From: Octopus sinensis
Lineage: Eukaryota
Assembly: GCF_006345805.1 (NCBI RefSeq)
Contig: NC_043013.1
Coordinates: forward strand, 51,336,001 to 51,400,000
DNA length: 64,000 nucleotides
Reading direction: 5' to 3'
Under the pieces are notes generated by a model that saw nothing but the letters and a program-made list of their open reading frames with translations, was not told the origin of the DNA and did not search any database. The translations under genes were made by a program, and so were the position numbers. Within the stretch, counting starts at the first letter, position 1. Each line of letters starts with the position of its first letter. This document shows positions 1-13,344 of this stretch, piece by piece.

Positions 1-75
1 TATCGACCCCGAAAGGATGGAATACCGCTAAGCATTTCGGCCGGCGTGCTAACGTCTCTGCCAGCTCGCCGCCTT
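1..75 (-). mobile_element. tRNA-derived SINE family A, head with internal deletion
   Basis: Reverse complement reads AAGGCGGCGAGCTGGCAGAGACGTTAGCACGCCGG, the head shared with copies at 6.3, 14.2, 15.6, 44 and 51.5 kb. Confidence 0.8.
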
Positions 76-291
76 GTTTTAACGATTCTGCCAGCTTGCA
101 GCCTTTCATAAAATGCTTAACGGTATTTCGTCCGTCTTTACGTTCTCAGTTGAAAATTGCCTTTCATCTCTTCACGGTTGATAAATTAAGTACCAGTAGT
201 GTATTGGTGTTAATCGTGGTTGTGGTTGGGGTAGGGGTAGGGCGATACAGACGACTTCCACACCGCCCAAATTTTCAGGCCTTCTGCTTAT

Positions 292-535
<244 letters not shown>

Positions 536-1064
536 GAATGAGAGAGCAGTGCATGCCATCAAAGTTATACTGAGTTACAAATATACGAAGCCCAGTATAC
601 CCGTCATTTCTACCCGTCTGATAAGGGTACACAAGGCACATGCATCACAACCATATGTGCGCGACATGGTGATCTCATATCAAGATAAACAGCGCATAAC
701 TTTACAGGTGGCGCCCAGTTAGAATTTTCTTCAGTTCGAGTAGCCCATCCTGCTCAAAAGATCCCTGAATAAGGGTTGTTTAAGGATGTCGAACAAAACA
801 CCCCTATTTCCAAAGTTGAATTATCCAAACACCAAAGAATCCCTCTCAACACATGGCTATGATGCTCCCCCACTACTTCTGCTCATGATCAGAGATGCTC
901 ATATCGTCAGCCACTAAGGAACATGCTCAACTGGTTAAGGTCAAACAACTGACAAGCAAATCTGTGGTATTGAGCAGAATATTTGCTGTAGCCCATCTTT
1001 TATACCAAGACAAAACAATGTACAATAAATTAAGATCAGAAGCCAAGAGAGCCACTGTCTTGTA
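536..1064 (-). mobile_element. Family B ~550 bp non-coding repeat embedded in (TAA)n
   Basis: Highly similar to 15103-15511, 47541-48093 and 60345-60799; flanked on both sides by TAA/TTA runs. Confidence 0.85.
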
Positions 1065-1124
<60 letters not shown>

Positions 1125-1127
1125 CAT

Positions 1128-1187
<60 letters not shown>

Positions 1188-1238
1188 CACTACTAATACT
1201 ACTACTACTACTACTACTCTTCTTATTATTATTATCAT

Positions 1239-1275
<37 letters not shown>

Positions 1276-2245
1276 TCTTCTTCTTCTTCTTTCTTCTTCT
1301 TCTTCTTATTATATTATTATTATTATTATTATTATTATTATCATCGTTATAGACTCAAGAGAGGAGGCAGCCGTGACAGTAGAAGGCACGTGACTTCAGT
1401 ATGTAATTGTTGTCTACTGTGTTTTCTCTTTGGAACATCTGTCTGACAAAGAAATAAAAACGAAATAGCGACAACGAGGGATGAATTCTCTCTAAATTTG
1501 TCATAACGTCTCAAAAGATATCAGTGCTTTGTAAAATATATCGCCGTTATGTTAAGGCATACCGAAAAGTCGTCCAATGTCATCCAAGGTCACGTCAACA
1601 CGAGAAAACAAATACATGCACACGTACACACAGATACAATCGCGCACCCATTTTTTATATTCACATATAAGGGGCGACTTTATATTTATGGCTTCTTGGG
1701 TTTTTTTTCTTTGGTTTTTTTTTTTCTCAAAGAGAAAGGGTTGGTTCCTAAGTGAAAAAACAAAGTGCTTTTCGTTGGAATTTAGACATCATCTACAGTT
1801 AACCGTATACAATTACATACTCAAGTCCCTACCACACCCTTAAGAAAGTGGAGAAAACCACCGGCCCTTAAAAAAGAAAAAGATGATAAAATCTAGTTGT
1901 TTGAAAGCTATTTAGAATTTTAACATTTGTAAATTCACAGAGCTGCTTACGCACATACATACACATGTATACAATCTCTCTCTGTCTCTCTATCTCTCTC
2001 TCTCTCTCACACACACACATACACAGGCGCACGCAAACACACTTTTGCACTTATGCTCTCAGACACACGTACAAACACATGCACACGCATACACATACAC
2101 CCTTCCATATATATATATTATATATATGTTATATATATATATATTATATATACATATATACATATAATATATCATACTATATATATATGATATACTATAT
2201 ATATATGTATAATATATATATATATATATATATATGCTAATATAC

Positions 2246-2304
<59 letters not shown>

Positions 2305-2464
2305 GTATATTATATAAATATATATATATATATATGTATACTATATATATATAATATATATAGTATATATATATATATAGATTCAGTTGAATATGGTACT
2401 TAAGTTAAAGGCACCATAATTTGGTTGGCATTATCATATAGTTCAAAATGGGGTGATTACAATC

Positions 2465-2589
2465 AAAATAAGCAACAAGGATATCCAGAGGTAATGCAGT
2501 ACGATCGTTTCGTGGACTCCATTCAATTAAATGGAGTTGCATGAAACGATCGTACTGCTTTACCACTGGATATCCTTGTTGCTTATTTT
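2465..2589. repeat. Fold-back hairpin, each arm carrying a half-hammerhead (GAAACGATCGTA)
   Basis: AAAATAAGCAACAAGGATATCCAG...CTGGATATCCTTGTTGCTTATTTT; ~60 bp arms, 6 nt loop. Confidence 0.8.
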
Positions 2590-2649
2590 CATTATATACA
2601 TACACATATATATATATATATACACACACACACATGCGTATGTATGTGA

Positions 2650-2830
2650 AGGCGTGTGGCTTTGTGGTTAGGTCATACGACTCACGATTGTAAGGTCGTG
2701 AGTTCAATTTCCGGCGACGCATTTTGTCCTTAAGCAAGATACTTTATTTCACGTTGCTCCAGTCCACTCAGCTGGCAAAAATGAGCTGTACAGTGTTTCA
2801 AAGGGCCAGCCTTGTCACACTCTGTGTCTC
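2650..2830 (+). mobile_element. tRNA-derived SINE family D
   Basis: tRNA-like head GGCGTGTGGCTTTGTGGTTAGG...GAGTTCAATT; body TTTATTTCACGTTGCTCCAGTCCACTCAGCTGGCAAAAATGA shared with 23.4 and 44.8 kb. Confidence 0.75.
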
Positions 2831-3775
2831 TGATAGATAGACATTTTCCAGTTAACCATGCTTATAGGAAACTCTTCAATAGACACAATTTAAAAATTAG
2901 TTTTAGTTCAACTACCAATTTTAAAAACATAATCAATCATAACATACAAAAAACACAAGAAGAAAACAGCTGTTCATGCAGGAATAAAGAATTGTGCCCG
3001 CTAAATGGAGCTTGCATGTCCAAGACCATCATATATGAAGCTACCGTAAACTCTATAACCACTAAAGACACCGTTTCGACGAAGAAATACGTGGGCCTGA
3101 CAGAGGGTAATTTCAAGGCCAGTTCAATAACCACCACTTTGAGCTTTAGGCACTGGAACAAAAGAAAAGCGACACAATTATCCAATCATATTTGGTCTTT
3201 AAGAGATAAGGTGTCGATTATAACATACAATGGAAGATTTTGGCCAGATGTAAGCCCTACATTAACGGCAGCGGAAGGTGCGGTTTATGCGACATGGAGA
3301 GATGCTTATCTGGAAAAGCAGTAGACCCTACCACATGTCTAAATACAAGGACAGAGCTTTTCGGATCATGCCCACATGTGACTAAATTTCTGTTACGTTT
3401 TTGGTCCCCTAAAGAAAACGGATAGAACATGCTTTCTGTGTTATGTCCCAAGAAGATTTATATATTTTTATATATTTTTATATATTTTTATGTATTTTAA
3501 TATAATTTTTATGACGAAAAATGCGAGCGATGTATGAGTACGCAGGCAAAGCAGAGTTATAACAGAGTAATTTCCCTCATTTTTACGGTATTTTTTCATA
3601 ACGTTTTCAAATAGCTAGATAACCGAAGAGATGGGTTTGTGGATTTCCACTTCGGCATCTGAAACTCAGAGTTTTATCTTGACTACCGAGTAATGTAACA
3701 TATTGTATAGATAAATTTCCTCTATTTACATAATATTGAGGTCTCTTTCTTTCTTTTGTTATCTTACCGTTTTAT
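2829..3775 (+). mobile_element. Penelope-like retroelement 3' remnant: frameshifted GIY-YIG endonuclease plus 3' UTR/pLTR with hammerhead
   Basis: Translations KLFNRHNLKISFS, CSCRNKELCPLNGAC, IIYEATV...YVGLTEGNFK, LSNHIWSLRD and (frameshift) CGLCDMER...CLNTRTELFGSCPH match the PLE GIY-YIG C-terminal pattern. Confidence 0.85.
3617..3679 (+). ncRNA. Type I hammerhead ribozyme motif in the PLE 3' region
   Basis: agataa CCGAAGA gatg..catc t GAAA ctc a gag TT ttatct: stems I-III pair, U4C core variant. Confidence 0.65.
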
Positions 3776-3849
<74 letters not shown>

Positions 3850-3989
3850 GTTTTATTTATTATTTTGCACATTACTTAATCATCGGTATACTTTTTATTT
3901 AATATTACTATTATATGAAATTTCTAGATGGTGTAATTTAATTTTTCAATTTGAATTGATAAAAATGTGTTTTTTTCTAAATTATCTAA

Positions 3990-4053
<64 letters not shown>

Positions 4054-4104
4054 AGCTATCTATCTATCTATCTATCTATTTATTATCCTATCTATCTATC
4101 TATA

Positions 4105-4220
<116 letters not shown>

Positions 4221-4224
4221 GATT

Positions 4225-4380
4225 TATGTTCCCGTAACCTAGCGCAAAAAGCTTGATATATTAAATAGCAGCCTTAAAATATAAGCACTGTTGTCCATTT
4301 GCTTCAAGTTAACCTCGTTTCTGTGGTTCCCTAGCATGGCTGCAGTCCAATGATTGAAACGAGGAAACGATAAAAGAAAA
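4225..4380 (+). mobile_element. SINE family C tail, degraded
   Basis: CCCGTAACCTAGCG...AGCATGGCTGCAGTCCAATGATTGAAAC matches the family C 3' end. Confidence 0.6.
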
Positions 4381-4655
4381 TATGAAAATTTTCAAAAAGT
4401 ATCTCCATTCCGTTCTTTTTATAAACTTTCCTGTGAAACCCCTCTCCTGAATATCCTTGCTTGTTTTCGGACTTCTATTAGGCCCTTGTTTCACATGTTC
4501 TTACTAATATAAAGCTCTCCTTTCATAAGTCTAAAGTTCCTCTGGTGGTTGGCAAAAACTGGGAATGTGCATCATATATGATGCATCGACCTCAGGGAAA
4601 TAGGTCCTGTGTAGAGCGTGTGATACTCAGGGTAAGGAAAGGATTAATTCGACAG

Positions 4656-5037
4656 CAGAATACTCGGATCTTTACCTTTTGACCTACAGATTTAAAAAAT
4701 AATTTTTTGTAACTAAACACTTTCAAAATCCGTATATTGGTAGAATGTGTCATATAATATATCGTTTACTCTTAGCGTTTTTGAGAAAAGTTTATGTTGA
4801 CAAACAACAGCAGTAATTTCATTCAGCTGAATACACGTCTTTGATTGGTTGAAATTACCGAAATACGCGAAATTTAACACGAAATACCTTCCTGAATATA
4901 AGCTTTTCTCAAAAACGCTAAGAGTAAAAGACGTTTTATGTGACACATTCTACCAGTATACGAAGTTTGAAAGTGTTTAGTTGCAAAAAAGTATTTTCTA
5001 AATCTGTAGGTCAAAAGATAAAGGTCCGAATACTCTG
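4656..5037. mobile_element. Long imperfect inverted repeat (MITE/fold-back), possibly inside a decayed Helitron 4499-5128
   Basis: ~140 bp arms (TTTTGACCTACAGATTTA...CTCTTAGCGTTTTTGAGAAAAG and its reverse complement), ~95 bp spacer. Confidence 0.7.
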
Positions 5038-6278
5038 TACTTGTGACGATATAAAGTGGCCGAGAAATAAGTATAAATGCACAGAAGTGCTTCGAAACCC
5101 GCTGTCGATGTGTAGGAGCGGCCACTGATATTCAAGAAAGCCGAATATTGTAAGCCTGAGATAGTGTGTAGCATTCTGTCAATCAACAGAGAGGAAATGA
5201 AATTGTAAAAGGAGAATAAAATATATTTGTTCTGAGACGTCGTGATGCTGAGTAACAGAGGCGGCGAGAAAGCGAATTTGAAATTGTAATTTTGTAAAGA
5301 GAATTACTATTTACGTTGGCGATGAGGGAATGGCCTGTTAGAAATGCGTCTGCGATCGACGTAATCATCGATCAAGCATAGCGGAGAATAAGTGGCATCA
5401 AGGATATATATATATACACACACACACATATATATATATATATTATACACACATACATACAAACATACATACATACTATATATATATATATACATACACA
5501 TACAAACATATATACACACACATATATATATACATATATATGTGTGTATATATATATGTATAAATATATATATATATATACACACATACGTATATATGTA
5601 TGTATATATACATACATATATATATATATATAAATGCATATATGCATATTGGAGTCGTTGAGATAAACTTGTCTCGTGAATTTACAAATGACTCCAGGCA
5701 GACCTCTACATGTAAGACCCAAATGACTGTGTTTGAACCAAACGGGTTCGTTTAGAATAATTTAATGGTTCGGAATGTCATCAATAAAAACAAACAATGA
5801 CCAAAAAAAAAAACAAGAACAAAAATGTTACGTTGGTAACATTCAAATCTGTACTGTGATAGAGGCAAAACTTTAATATGATTGTTAATGAATATTACAC
5901 TGTTAAATAGGCGAACTGTTATATAGGTTAAAAGGGGTTATATTCTGATGTGAGAAGTTAAAGTTATACTGGCGTGGGCATGGATGCGTGGTTAATACAT
6001 CCAGTTCACAACCACGTGGTTTGGGGTTCTGTTCCAATGAGCGAATCTTTGGTCAACTATTTCCTACGCCAGCAATATTAAAATCATTAGAAAGAATACA
6101 GTTCACAGTATTCGATTTAACTAAATAGGAGCCTTTCACTGCACACGTGGACTGTCACCAGTCACTGAGATGTGTTCCATAATTCATACGTGTGTGTGTG
6201 CGTGTCTGTGCGCGTGTTAATGAAGATAATACTGTTAAACAGACATATTGTTATGTATGTGAAAAGCGATTATATTCT

Positions 6279-6695
6279 TATTCCTTTACTTCCCACAAGG
6301 GGCTAAACACAGAGGGGACAAACAAAGACAGACAAACGAATTAAGTCAATTATATCGACCCCAGCGCGTAACTAATATTTATTTAATCGACCCCGAAAGG
6401 ATGAAAGGCAAAGTCGACCTCGGCGGAATTTGAACTCAGAACGTAACGGCAGACGAGATACCTATTTCTTTACTACCCACAAGGGGCAAAACACAGAGAG
6501 GATAAACAAGGATAGACAAAGGGATTAAGTCGATTACATCGACCCCAGAGCTTAACTGGTACTTAATTTATCGACCCCGAAAGGATGAATGGCAAAGTCG
6601 ACCTCGGCGGAATTTGAACTCAGCACGTAACGGCAGGCGAAATACGGCTACGCATTTCGCCCGGCGTGCTAACGTTTCTGCCAGCTCGCCGCCTT
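6279..6695 (-). mobile_element. SINE family A dimer with 16 bp target-site duplication
   Basis: Full unit plus 5'-truncated unit; AAAGCGATTATATTCT at 6263-6278 and 6696-6711. Confidence 0.9.
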
Positions 6696-7118
6696 AAAGC
6701 GATTATATTCTGGTGCGGAAAGTTAACGTTGCAGGCGTAGTCATGGGTGTGTGGGTAAGAATTCACTTCCCAAGAATGTGGTCTTGCGTTCACTTCCAAT
6801 GCCTATAGTTAATTTGCACTTTAATCACCGTAAGTTCACGTTGCTGAACATAGTGGTGCAACGGTAACATTTACCAACATAACAGTGTATTGTTAATCGG
6901 TTGTATCAAAATAGGTCCAATTTTACCCAGATTATTACTTTTAACCAATATCATAACATGTTCACTTTCTTGAACATAGCAGTACTATGTTAACTTTAAA
7001 CTAAGTAATTTGTTCACCTTCCCCAATATCGTTGTATAAAGTTAACTTACCTCTACCTCACGATACATAAATTTTAGCAACGTTACAGTACGTTGTTAAA
7101 TTAAACAACCATAACAGT

Positions 7119-7295
7119 ATTCTTTTACTCTTTTACTTGTTTCAGTCATTTGACTGTGGCCATGCTGGAGCACCGCCTTTAGTCGAGCAAATCGACCCCG
7201 GGACTTATTCTTTGTAAGCCCAGTACTTATTCTATCGGTCTCTTTTGCCGAACCGCTAAGTGACGGGGACATAACCACACCAGCATCGGTTGTCA
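7119..7295 (-). mobile_element. SINE family C 3' half
   Basis: Reverse complement ends AAGGCGGTGCTCCAGCATGGCCACAGTCAAATGACTGAAACAAGTAAAAGAG. Confidence 0.85.
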
Positions 7296-7323
7296 TGTGT
7301 GGAGGCTCAGGTATAGTTGTGTG

Positions 7324-7541
7324 GAGGCGCAGGTGTGGCTTCCCAACCACATCATTCTGGGTTCAGTCCCATTGTATGACCCCTTGGCCAAGTGTCTTCC
7401 ACTGTAGCTTCGGGCCGACCAAAGCCTTGTGAGGGGATTTGGTTGATGGAAACTGAAACTAACACATCACACACACACACATAACATACACACATAATAA
7501 ACACACAAATATATCTGTTATATCTGTATGTATATTGTGTT

Positions 7542-7575
<34 letters not shown>

Positions 7576-7690
7576 GTGTGTGTGTGTGTTGTGTGTTTGT
7601 GTGCGTGCTCGCGCGCGTGTGTGTTTTGTTTTGTTTTGTGTCTGCGTGTGTCCCTCACTAACCGCTTGACAACCGGTGTTGGTGTGTTTT
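7324..7690 (+). mobile_element. SINE family C head, internal microsatellite and start of tail
   Basis: GGCGCAGGTGTGGCT...GGGTTCAGTCCCA...CTTGGCCAAGTGTCTT...GGAAACTGAAA, then (CA)/(TG), then CGCTTGACAACCGGTG. Confidence 0.75.
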
Positions 7691-8211
7691 AAAGAAAAAG
7701 AAGAAAAAAACAACGGCGTTCTCTACATGTTCACGGGAGTCTGATCGAGTTGCTGGTCCCAGAAAAGTCATGTTTTCATCATTGATACTGACCCCACCAC
7801 CACCACCACCACCACCACCATTTTACTGTCTGTACAATGGCCGTTGTGGTTCCACAAAAAGATGGCACTGCTGCTGCTGTTGCGCTCATTAACTGCCCAT
7901 GAGATGCTGTAGATCAAACAAGTCAGGTTTATAGGTGTTTTTCTTTTTTCTCTCTTTTTTTATACATATGTATTTTTTTAAATTCAGGCTAAACAAAAAA
8001 AAAGATTTAAGTATTGGAATCGACTTATTCGACTATAACTTATTCAAGGCGGTACCCCAGCATGGCCGCAGTCTAATAAAAGGTAAAACATAATACAGTA
8101 CTGTTAACGTTCACCTACCTAACAGTGTACTGTTAATTTTCACCGAATCATCATTCATAGACGATCTAACTTCTATAAAGTTGCATACGTTGCAAACTGA
8201 CGCAGATATAA

Positions 8212-8268
<57 letters not shown>

Positions 8269-9331
8269 TGTGGTGTTGTGTATACACACACACATTATAA
8301 TATATATATATATACTATATATATATATATGCAAAAACACCTTGCAGCCATAAGGTGTGTATATGAAGTGTTTACAGAAATACCTTCACTATAATCCCAT
8401 GGTATTAATCATATTTTCCTGACACAGATCCCTTTGTCCAAAGCTGTCTAGAACCATCCTACCAACATCAGTGTCAGTATTAACAGTAATATTTCGAATT
8501 GTATTAACTACAGCAGACATGAGACAAGCCTTAGAAGATATCTCAACAATATGAGGTAAATGTTTCCTATTCTTACAAGGAAAAAATATGGAACGGCATA
8601 AATGCCACAACTTGAATTCTATGAATTTCATGTGGAAAAAATTATTATCATTTAATAAATCTTAAATTGAAACGTTCAAACTTTGCTTAATTAAATGACC
8701 ATAAATATAATTTAAGTTTTGCGATATCTACCAGCTTAGTTAAAAAAAATATAAACACAATTCTTTCGTTGGGATAAAGATTAACCAGTTCTTTTGGGAT
8801 TAAACAAAGCATAACCAAAGATTCTCACACGCAGATTGATACAAATCCTATTGATCCAAATACATATTACGATTTGGATTTATTCTGAAGTGTTTGCATG
8901 AAAACTGGGTGGAATTATACCGAATCTTCTTGGTATTCTGTAACGCTTGATACACAACTCCCAGTAGATGTTGCTCGCTTCAAACGATATATCTAACCAT
9001 ATAGGGATGTGCATATGTTGATGCATGTTGAAATATTTGCATCCATTACACGGTTACTGGGAACTCTGACAGAATCCCATAGAGTCAAATAAACAAGATT
9101 CTATAGCAAAAGGCTTAAGAATTCCCCTGTAACTACATTGAAATTACGTAAAATTTCTGGGCTCAATTCCAGTGCGTGTTACATTGTATATATGCACATA
9201 TATATATATATGTGTGTATAAATATATATATATGTGTGGATATGTATATTCATATATATATATATATATATATATGAATAATAATATATATATATATGAA
9301 TATATATATATATTATATATATATATATATA

Positions 9332-9381
<50 letters not shown>

Positions 9382-9384
9382 ATA

Positions 9385-9626
9385 TAAACAATTGCAGCGT
9401 GGAAGGTGTTTATAAGCCATTTAAGAAACACACAAAGCCGTTCGATTCACTCCAAAATTTAAGTTTAATTGTCAAAAAGATTTTCGCCGCTAAAATCCGC
9501 GACCTGTTCACTGACAAAGTCCGTGCTGCAAAATATTTTGACAATTAAACTAAATGTTGGAGTGAATCGAACGGCTTTTGTGTGTTTCTTAAATGGCTTA
9601 TAAACACCTTCCACGCTGCAATTGTT
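9385..9626. mobile_element. Fold-back element in (TA)n with a variant hammerhead at 9469-9517 (minus strand)
   Basis: ~95 bp arms AAACAATTGCAGCGTGGAAGG.../...CCTTCCACGCTGCAATTGTTT; minus strand reads ttgtca GTGAACA g gtcgc..gcggc GAAA atctt TT tgacaa. Confidence 0.75.
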
Positions 9627-9715
9627 TTCGTTTCAGCACACGATCTCAGATCAAATTACTTCTATGCGAGTACATCTCCGTAATATATATATATATATAT
9701 ATATATATAGTATAG

Positions 9716-9746
<31 letters not shown>

Positions 9747-9916
9747 CGTATATATATATATATATATATATATACGCATACATATATATATATATACGCA
9801 TACATATAATACATATATATATATATATATATATGAATATATATATAATATATATATGTATGCGTATATATATATTATATACATATATACGCGCACACAA
9901 AAAACCACATACACAA

Positions 9917-9948
<32 letters not shown>

Positions 9949-10092
9949 GGCGTGTGGTAAGTAGCTTGCTTACCAACCGTGAGATTTCGTTATTGAATCG
10001 AGTTTTTAAAAAAAAAACCTCGATTCAACAACACCGTTTAAAATGCTTGGAATGACCATTTTAAATACTATTGGAACTTACAAGGTACAGGA

Positions 10093-10139
<47 letters not shown>

Positions 10140-10145
10140 TTATAT

Positions 10146-10390
10146 ACCCATTCTGGCTAAATAATGGAACTACAGATACAATATCCCTGCATATCTCACG
10201 TCTATTTTCATTCCTCCACTTCACTCTCTATTTCATATCTTATCTAGAATAAATTTTGCTTAACCATCCTCACACACCATCTCCGATTAAGGGATATAAT
10301 AAATATCCCGGAAACAGCTGTAAGACCATCTATTTATAAATATTCTAAAATTTTCAGAGCCTTGGATTTTCATCTCATTCTGTTCATTTT
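10146..10390 (+). mobile_element. PLE-like 3' end fragment with degenerate minimal hammerhead (10280-10325)
   Basis: tct CCGATTA a gggatat..atatccc g GAAA c agct g TA aga; flanked by (TA)n. Confidence 0.5.
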
Positions 10391-10576
10391 ATATATATAT
10401 ATATATATATACACATGCTGATATATAACCTACGTTGATTTCCTTATTCACATATTCATCGAACCTGGAGTCTCTTCATAGCACTTACTCAAGATTACCT
10501 GACATCTTTAGGTCTTATTGACACCATTAACTCTCATAACCCCCCCTCTCCCTCTCTCTCTCTATTTATATATATC

Positions 10577-10610
<34 letters not shown>

Positions 10611-10613
<3 letters not shown>

Positions 10614-10793
10614 CGTTAGCCCCCACCACCCACCATTTTTTTCTCTCCTTGTTTTTTTCTGTGTATCTTTTCTGTAGAAGCGTTAGCCTCGAAACGTAAA
10701 AGACTTTTTCTATTCCTGAGCATTATACTAATACCTCTGTTTGGTCTTGTACACCACCTGTCTTCGTCTTTTGTTTTTTTCGTAAACTCTCCC
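10611..10793 (+). mobile_element. Short repeat with minimal hammerhead-like motif (same family as 59597-59772)
   Basis: TTTTCTGTAGAAG..CTCGAAACGTAAAAGA and shared downstream TTCTATTCCTGAGC.TTATACTAATAC. Confidence 0.65.
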
Positions 10794-10931
10794 TATATAT
10801 ATATATATATACAAAATAAGAAAATGCAGAAATATATCTATGAGTTACGGGGACTAAAAAACATAACAACATCGGTTGTCAAGCGGTGGTGAGGGGACAA
10901 ATACAGACAAAAAAGACACACATACATAGAC

Positions 10932-11322
10932 ATCGTTGCTATTATGTTAAACAGCTGTATGTCCAAATTTGGCCAAATGCGTTTTTTAAAACACTTATTT
11001 CTGCTTACAATTGCCGGTTCTTTTAGTCAAACTATCGTATTTCCAGCTGCCAAGATATCAAAAATTGTAAAAGTGTAGTGCAACAGTTTAACATTTCTCA
11101 AATGTGTGGGTAAGTCCTACAAATGACAGTTTTGCAAATATATTTCTCACTGAAAATATCATACATGTATGGAGTTCTGATTTTATGCACGCAACAAAGT
11201 ATTGTGGTTAAACTGAAACTGTCGCTAATGTAAAAAGAAATGGAATGGGGAAACTATCTTTTCGTGTTCTGAAAAAAAACTAAAGTCTTGGACTTACAAC
11301 ATTTTTGCATAATAGCAACGAT
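10932..11322. mobile_element. MITE with ~34 bp terminal inverted repeats
   Basis: ATCGTTGCTATTATG..TGTATGTCCAA versus TTGGACTTACA..CATAATAGCAACGAT. Confidence 0.7.
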
Positions 11323-11822
11323 ATATACATACATGTTTCTTGATAGTTACGATTCTAGATTACATGTTTTCGATTCTTTATTTCTTTTTCGAAATTCCTT
11401 GACATTTTCTGTATCATTTCATTTTGTGTTTATTTGAAGGAAAGGTTAGCATTTCTTTTGATTAACTTTTTCACCCAATTTAGGCAAAACGAAACATATT
11501 TTTTTGATATTGTTAAATGTTATTTGACATTCAAAACGGAACGTTGGTGAGAACCCATCCCGTTCAAATTTGACAACTTCCCAGAAAATAAATAAAGTCT
11601 CACAAAAGACAAAGAACGATAAACAAATGTAACGTAAGATGGAGCAATTTTAGTGGGGGTGGGGAATATATTTTGCTTTGTTTTTCGTTCAGAAGGAGAC
11701 AGAGTTCAACGACTCGCTAATGAGTTACAATGAGGGTAAAAAACGAAACCCACAACACAGGGCTTGCAAACACGGGTGGATACATGCGTTATATGTAAGT
11801 GGTGTGCGTATGACTATGTGCT

Positions 11823-11856
<34 letters not shown>

Positions 11857-12183
11857 TGCATTTGTGCGTACGTGCTTTATATGTATATTATCTCTGATGT
11901 ATACATTTAGATGTGCAACTGCTAATCTTGAGTTTAGGGGCTACACTTACAGTAGCATCAGGCAGTCTGCATCCAGTACAGTGGTTTATTTGTTACTAGT
12001 TATAATATGCATAGGAAATGTAGGAGAAATTATGATAAACTCAAGTTTATATTATTTCTTCCCTACGTATGTTTCAGCGTTGTGGTTCTTTGCAAACTCT
12101 GCATTAGACGTTACAAGTGCAATTAGCTGCTGAAGCTCAACGGATCATCAGGCTACAATTTCATTGCATTAAGTTAGAGAGAA

Positions 12184-12214
<31 letters not shown>

Positions 12215-12829
12215 CGTACTCGCAGGTGTGGCTGTGTGGTTAGAGGTGTAGGAGTACTGTTTACCTTTGGCGGAACAGTTATCCATCTATGCGTATTGAT
12301 ATACACTCCTGCCGCCTGTTGTGAGGCTCGGGTAGGTTTTTCCTCAGTTCCAGTCTGACCTCCAGGAGAGTAAGACGTATTGTCATGTTTCTGTCTGAAC
12401 TCATCACCACGCGGAAAATTTATAATGGACAAACATTCTAGAACTTAATAACTGATTATATGACTATTCGAACATTTGTCACGATCCATATTTTTACATT
12501 ATGAAGTAATTGGGTTATATTTCTATATTGCTGTATACGCCCTTCTTGGATTTGTGACTCCATGACAAGGAGCCTGATTGTTCTTTCTAGTCCCCTAGGA
12601 TACTGTTATGCCCTATCTCCGAATGCTAAGCAGGGGTTGCCGGTAAGCAAGCTTCGATTTAATCCTATCACCAATTCTTCTTCCAATAAATTATTATTGT
12701 TCTGTTAAGCCTTCGTGCGTTGTCTATTATTCACATCTACATGGAATTATAAGTATTGCATTACAAGGTAATTCTCTTACCGCTGTTTATAAAAACCTCG
12801 GATGATATTTTAGCGCCTATCCACTACAA

Positions 12830-13118
12830 AGGCTTGTTTCTCAACAACAGGTTTCCGGTTTCAGTCCCACTACGTGGCATCTTGATCAAATGCCTTCAAT
12901 TATAACCTCGAACCGAACAATGTGGAGGTAATAGACGGAAACTGAAAGAAGACCGTTGTATGTGTGTGAGTGTGTGTGTTTGTGTGTGTTTGTGTGCGTG
13001 TGTGTGTTGGGGGGGTCTTCGCGCGTACGTGTGTTTGTGTCCGTATCATTGAGTCTGTGTTTGCCCACCACCACCACCACCGCTTGACAACCAGTGCTGG
13101 TGTGTTTACGTCCCCTTA
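12830..13118 (+). mobile_element. SINE family C, degraded
   Basis: TTCAGTCCCACTACGTGGCA...AGACGGAAACTGAAAGAAG, (TG)n, CGCTTGACAACCAGTGCTGGTGTGTTTACGTCCC. Confidence 0.7.
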
Positions 13119-13344
13119 AATGATGCCCGAATTTGGAAGTATAATGTTGTCACCACGGGCAATATCAGGGAATTTGGTGTACCGGCAATAATCGTAATCA
13201 AACATTTATCAAATTTCTTGGTGCTTATACAAAATGAAGAAATCGATAATAATTATCGAAAGAAAAATTAGGATGATTCCTTTGGAAATAAATTAAGTCA
13301 ATCAAATTTCTCATTTGTGAAACTATTCCCAGACATGCTGGTAT

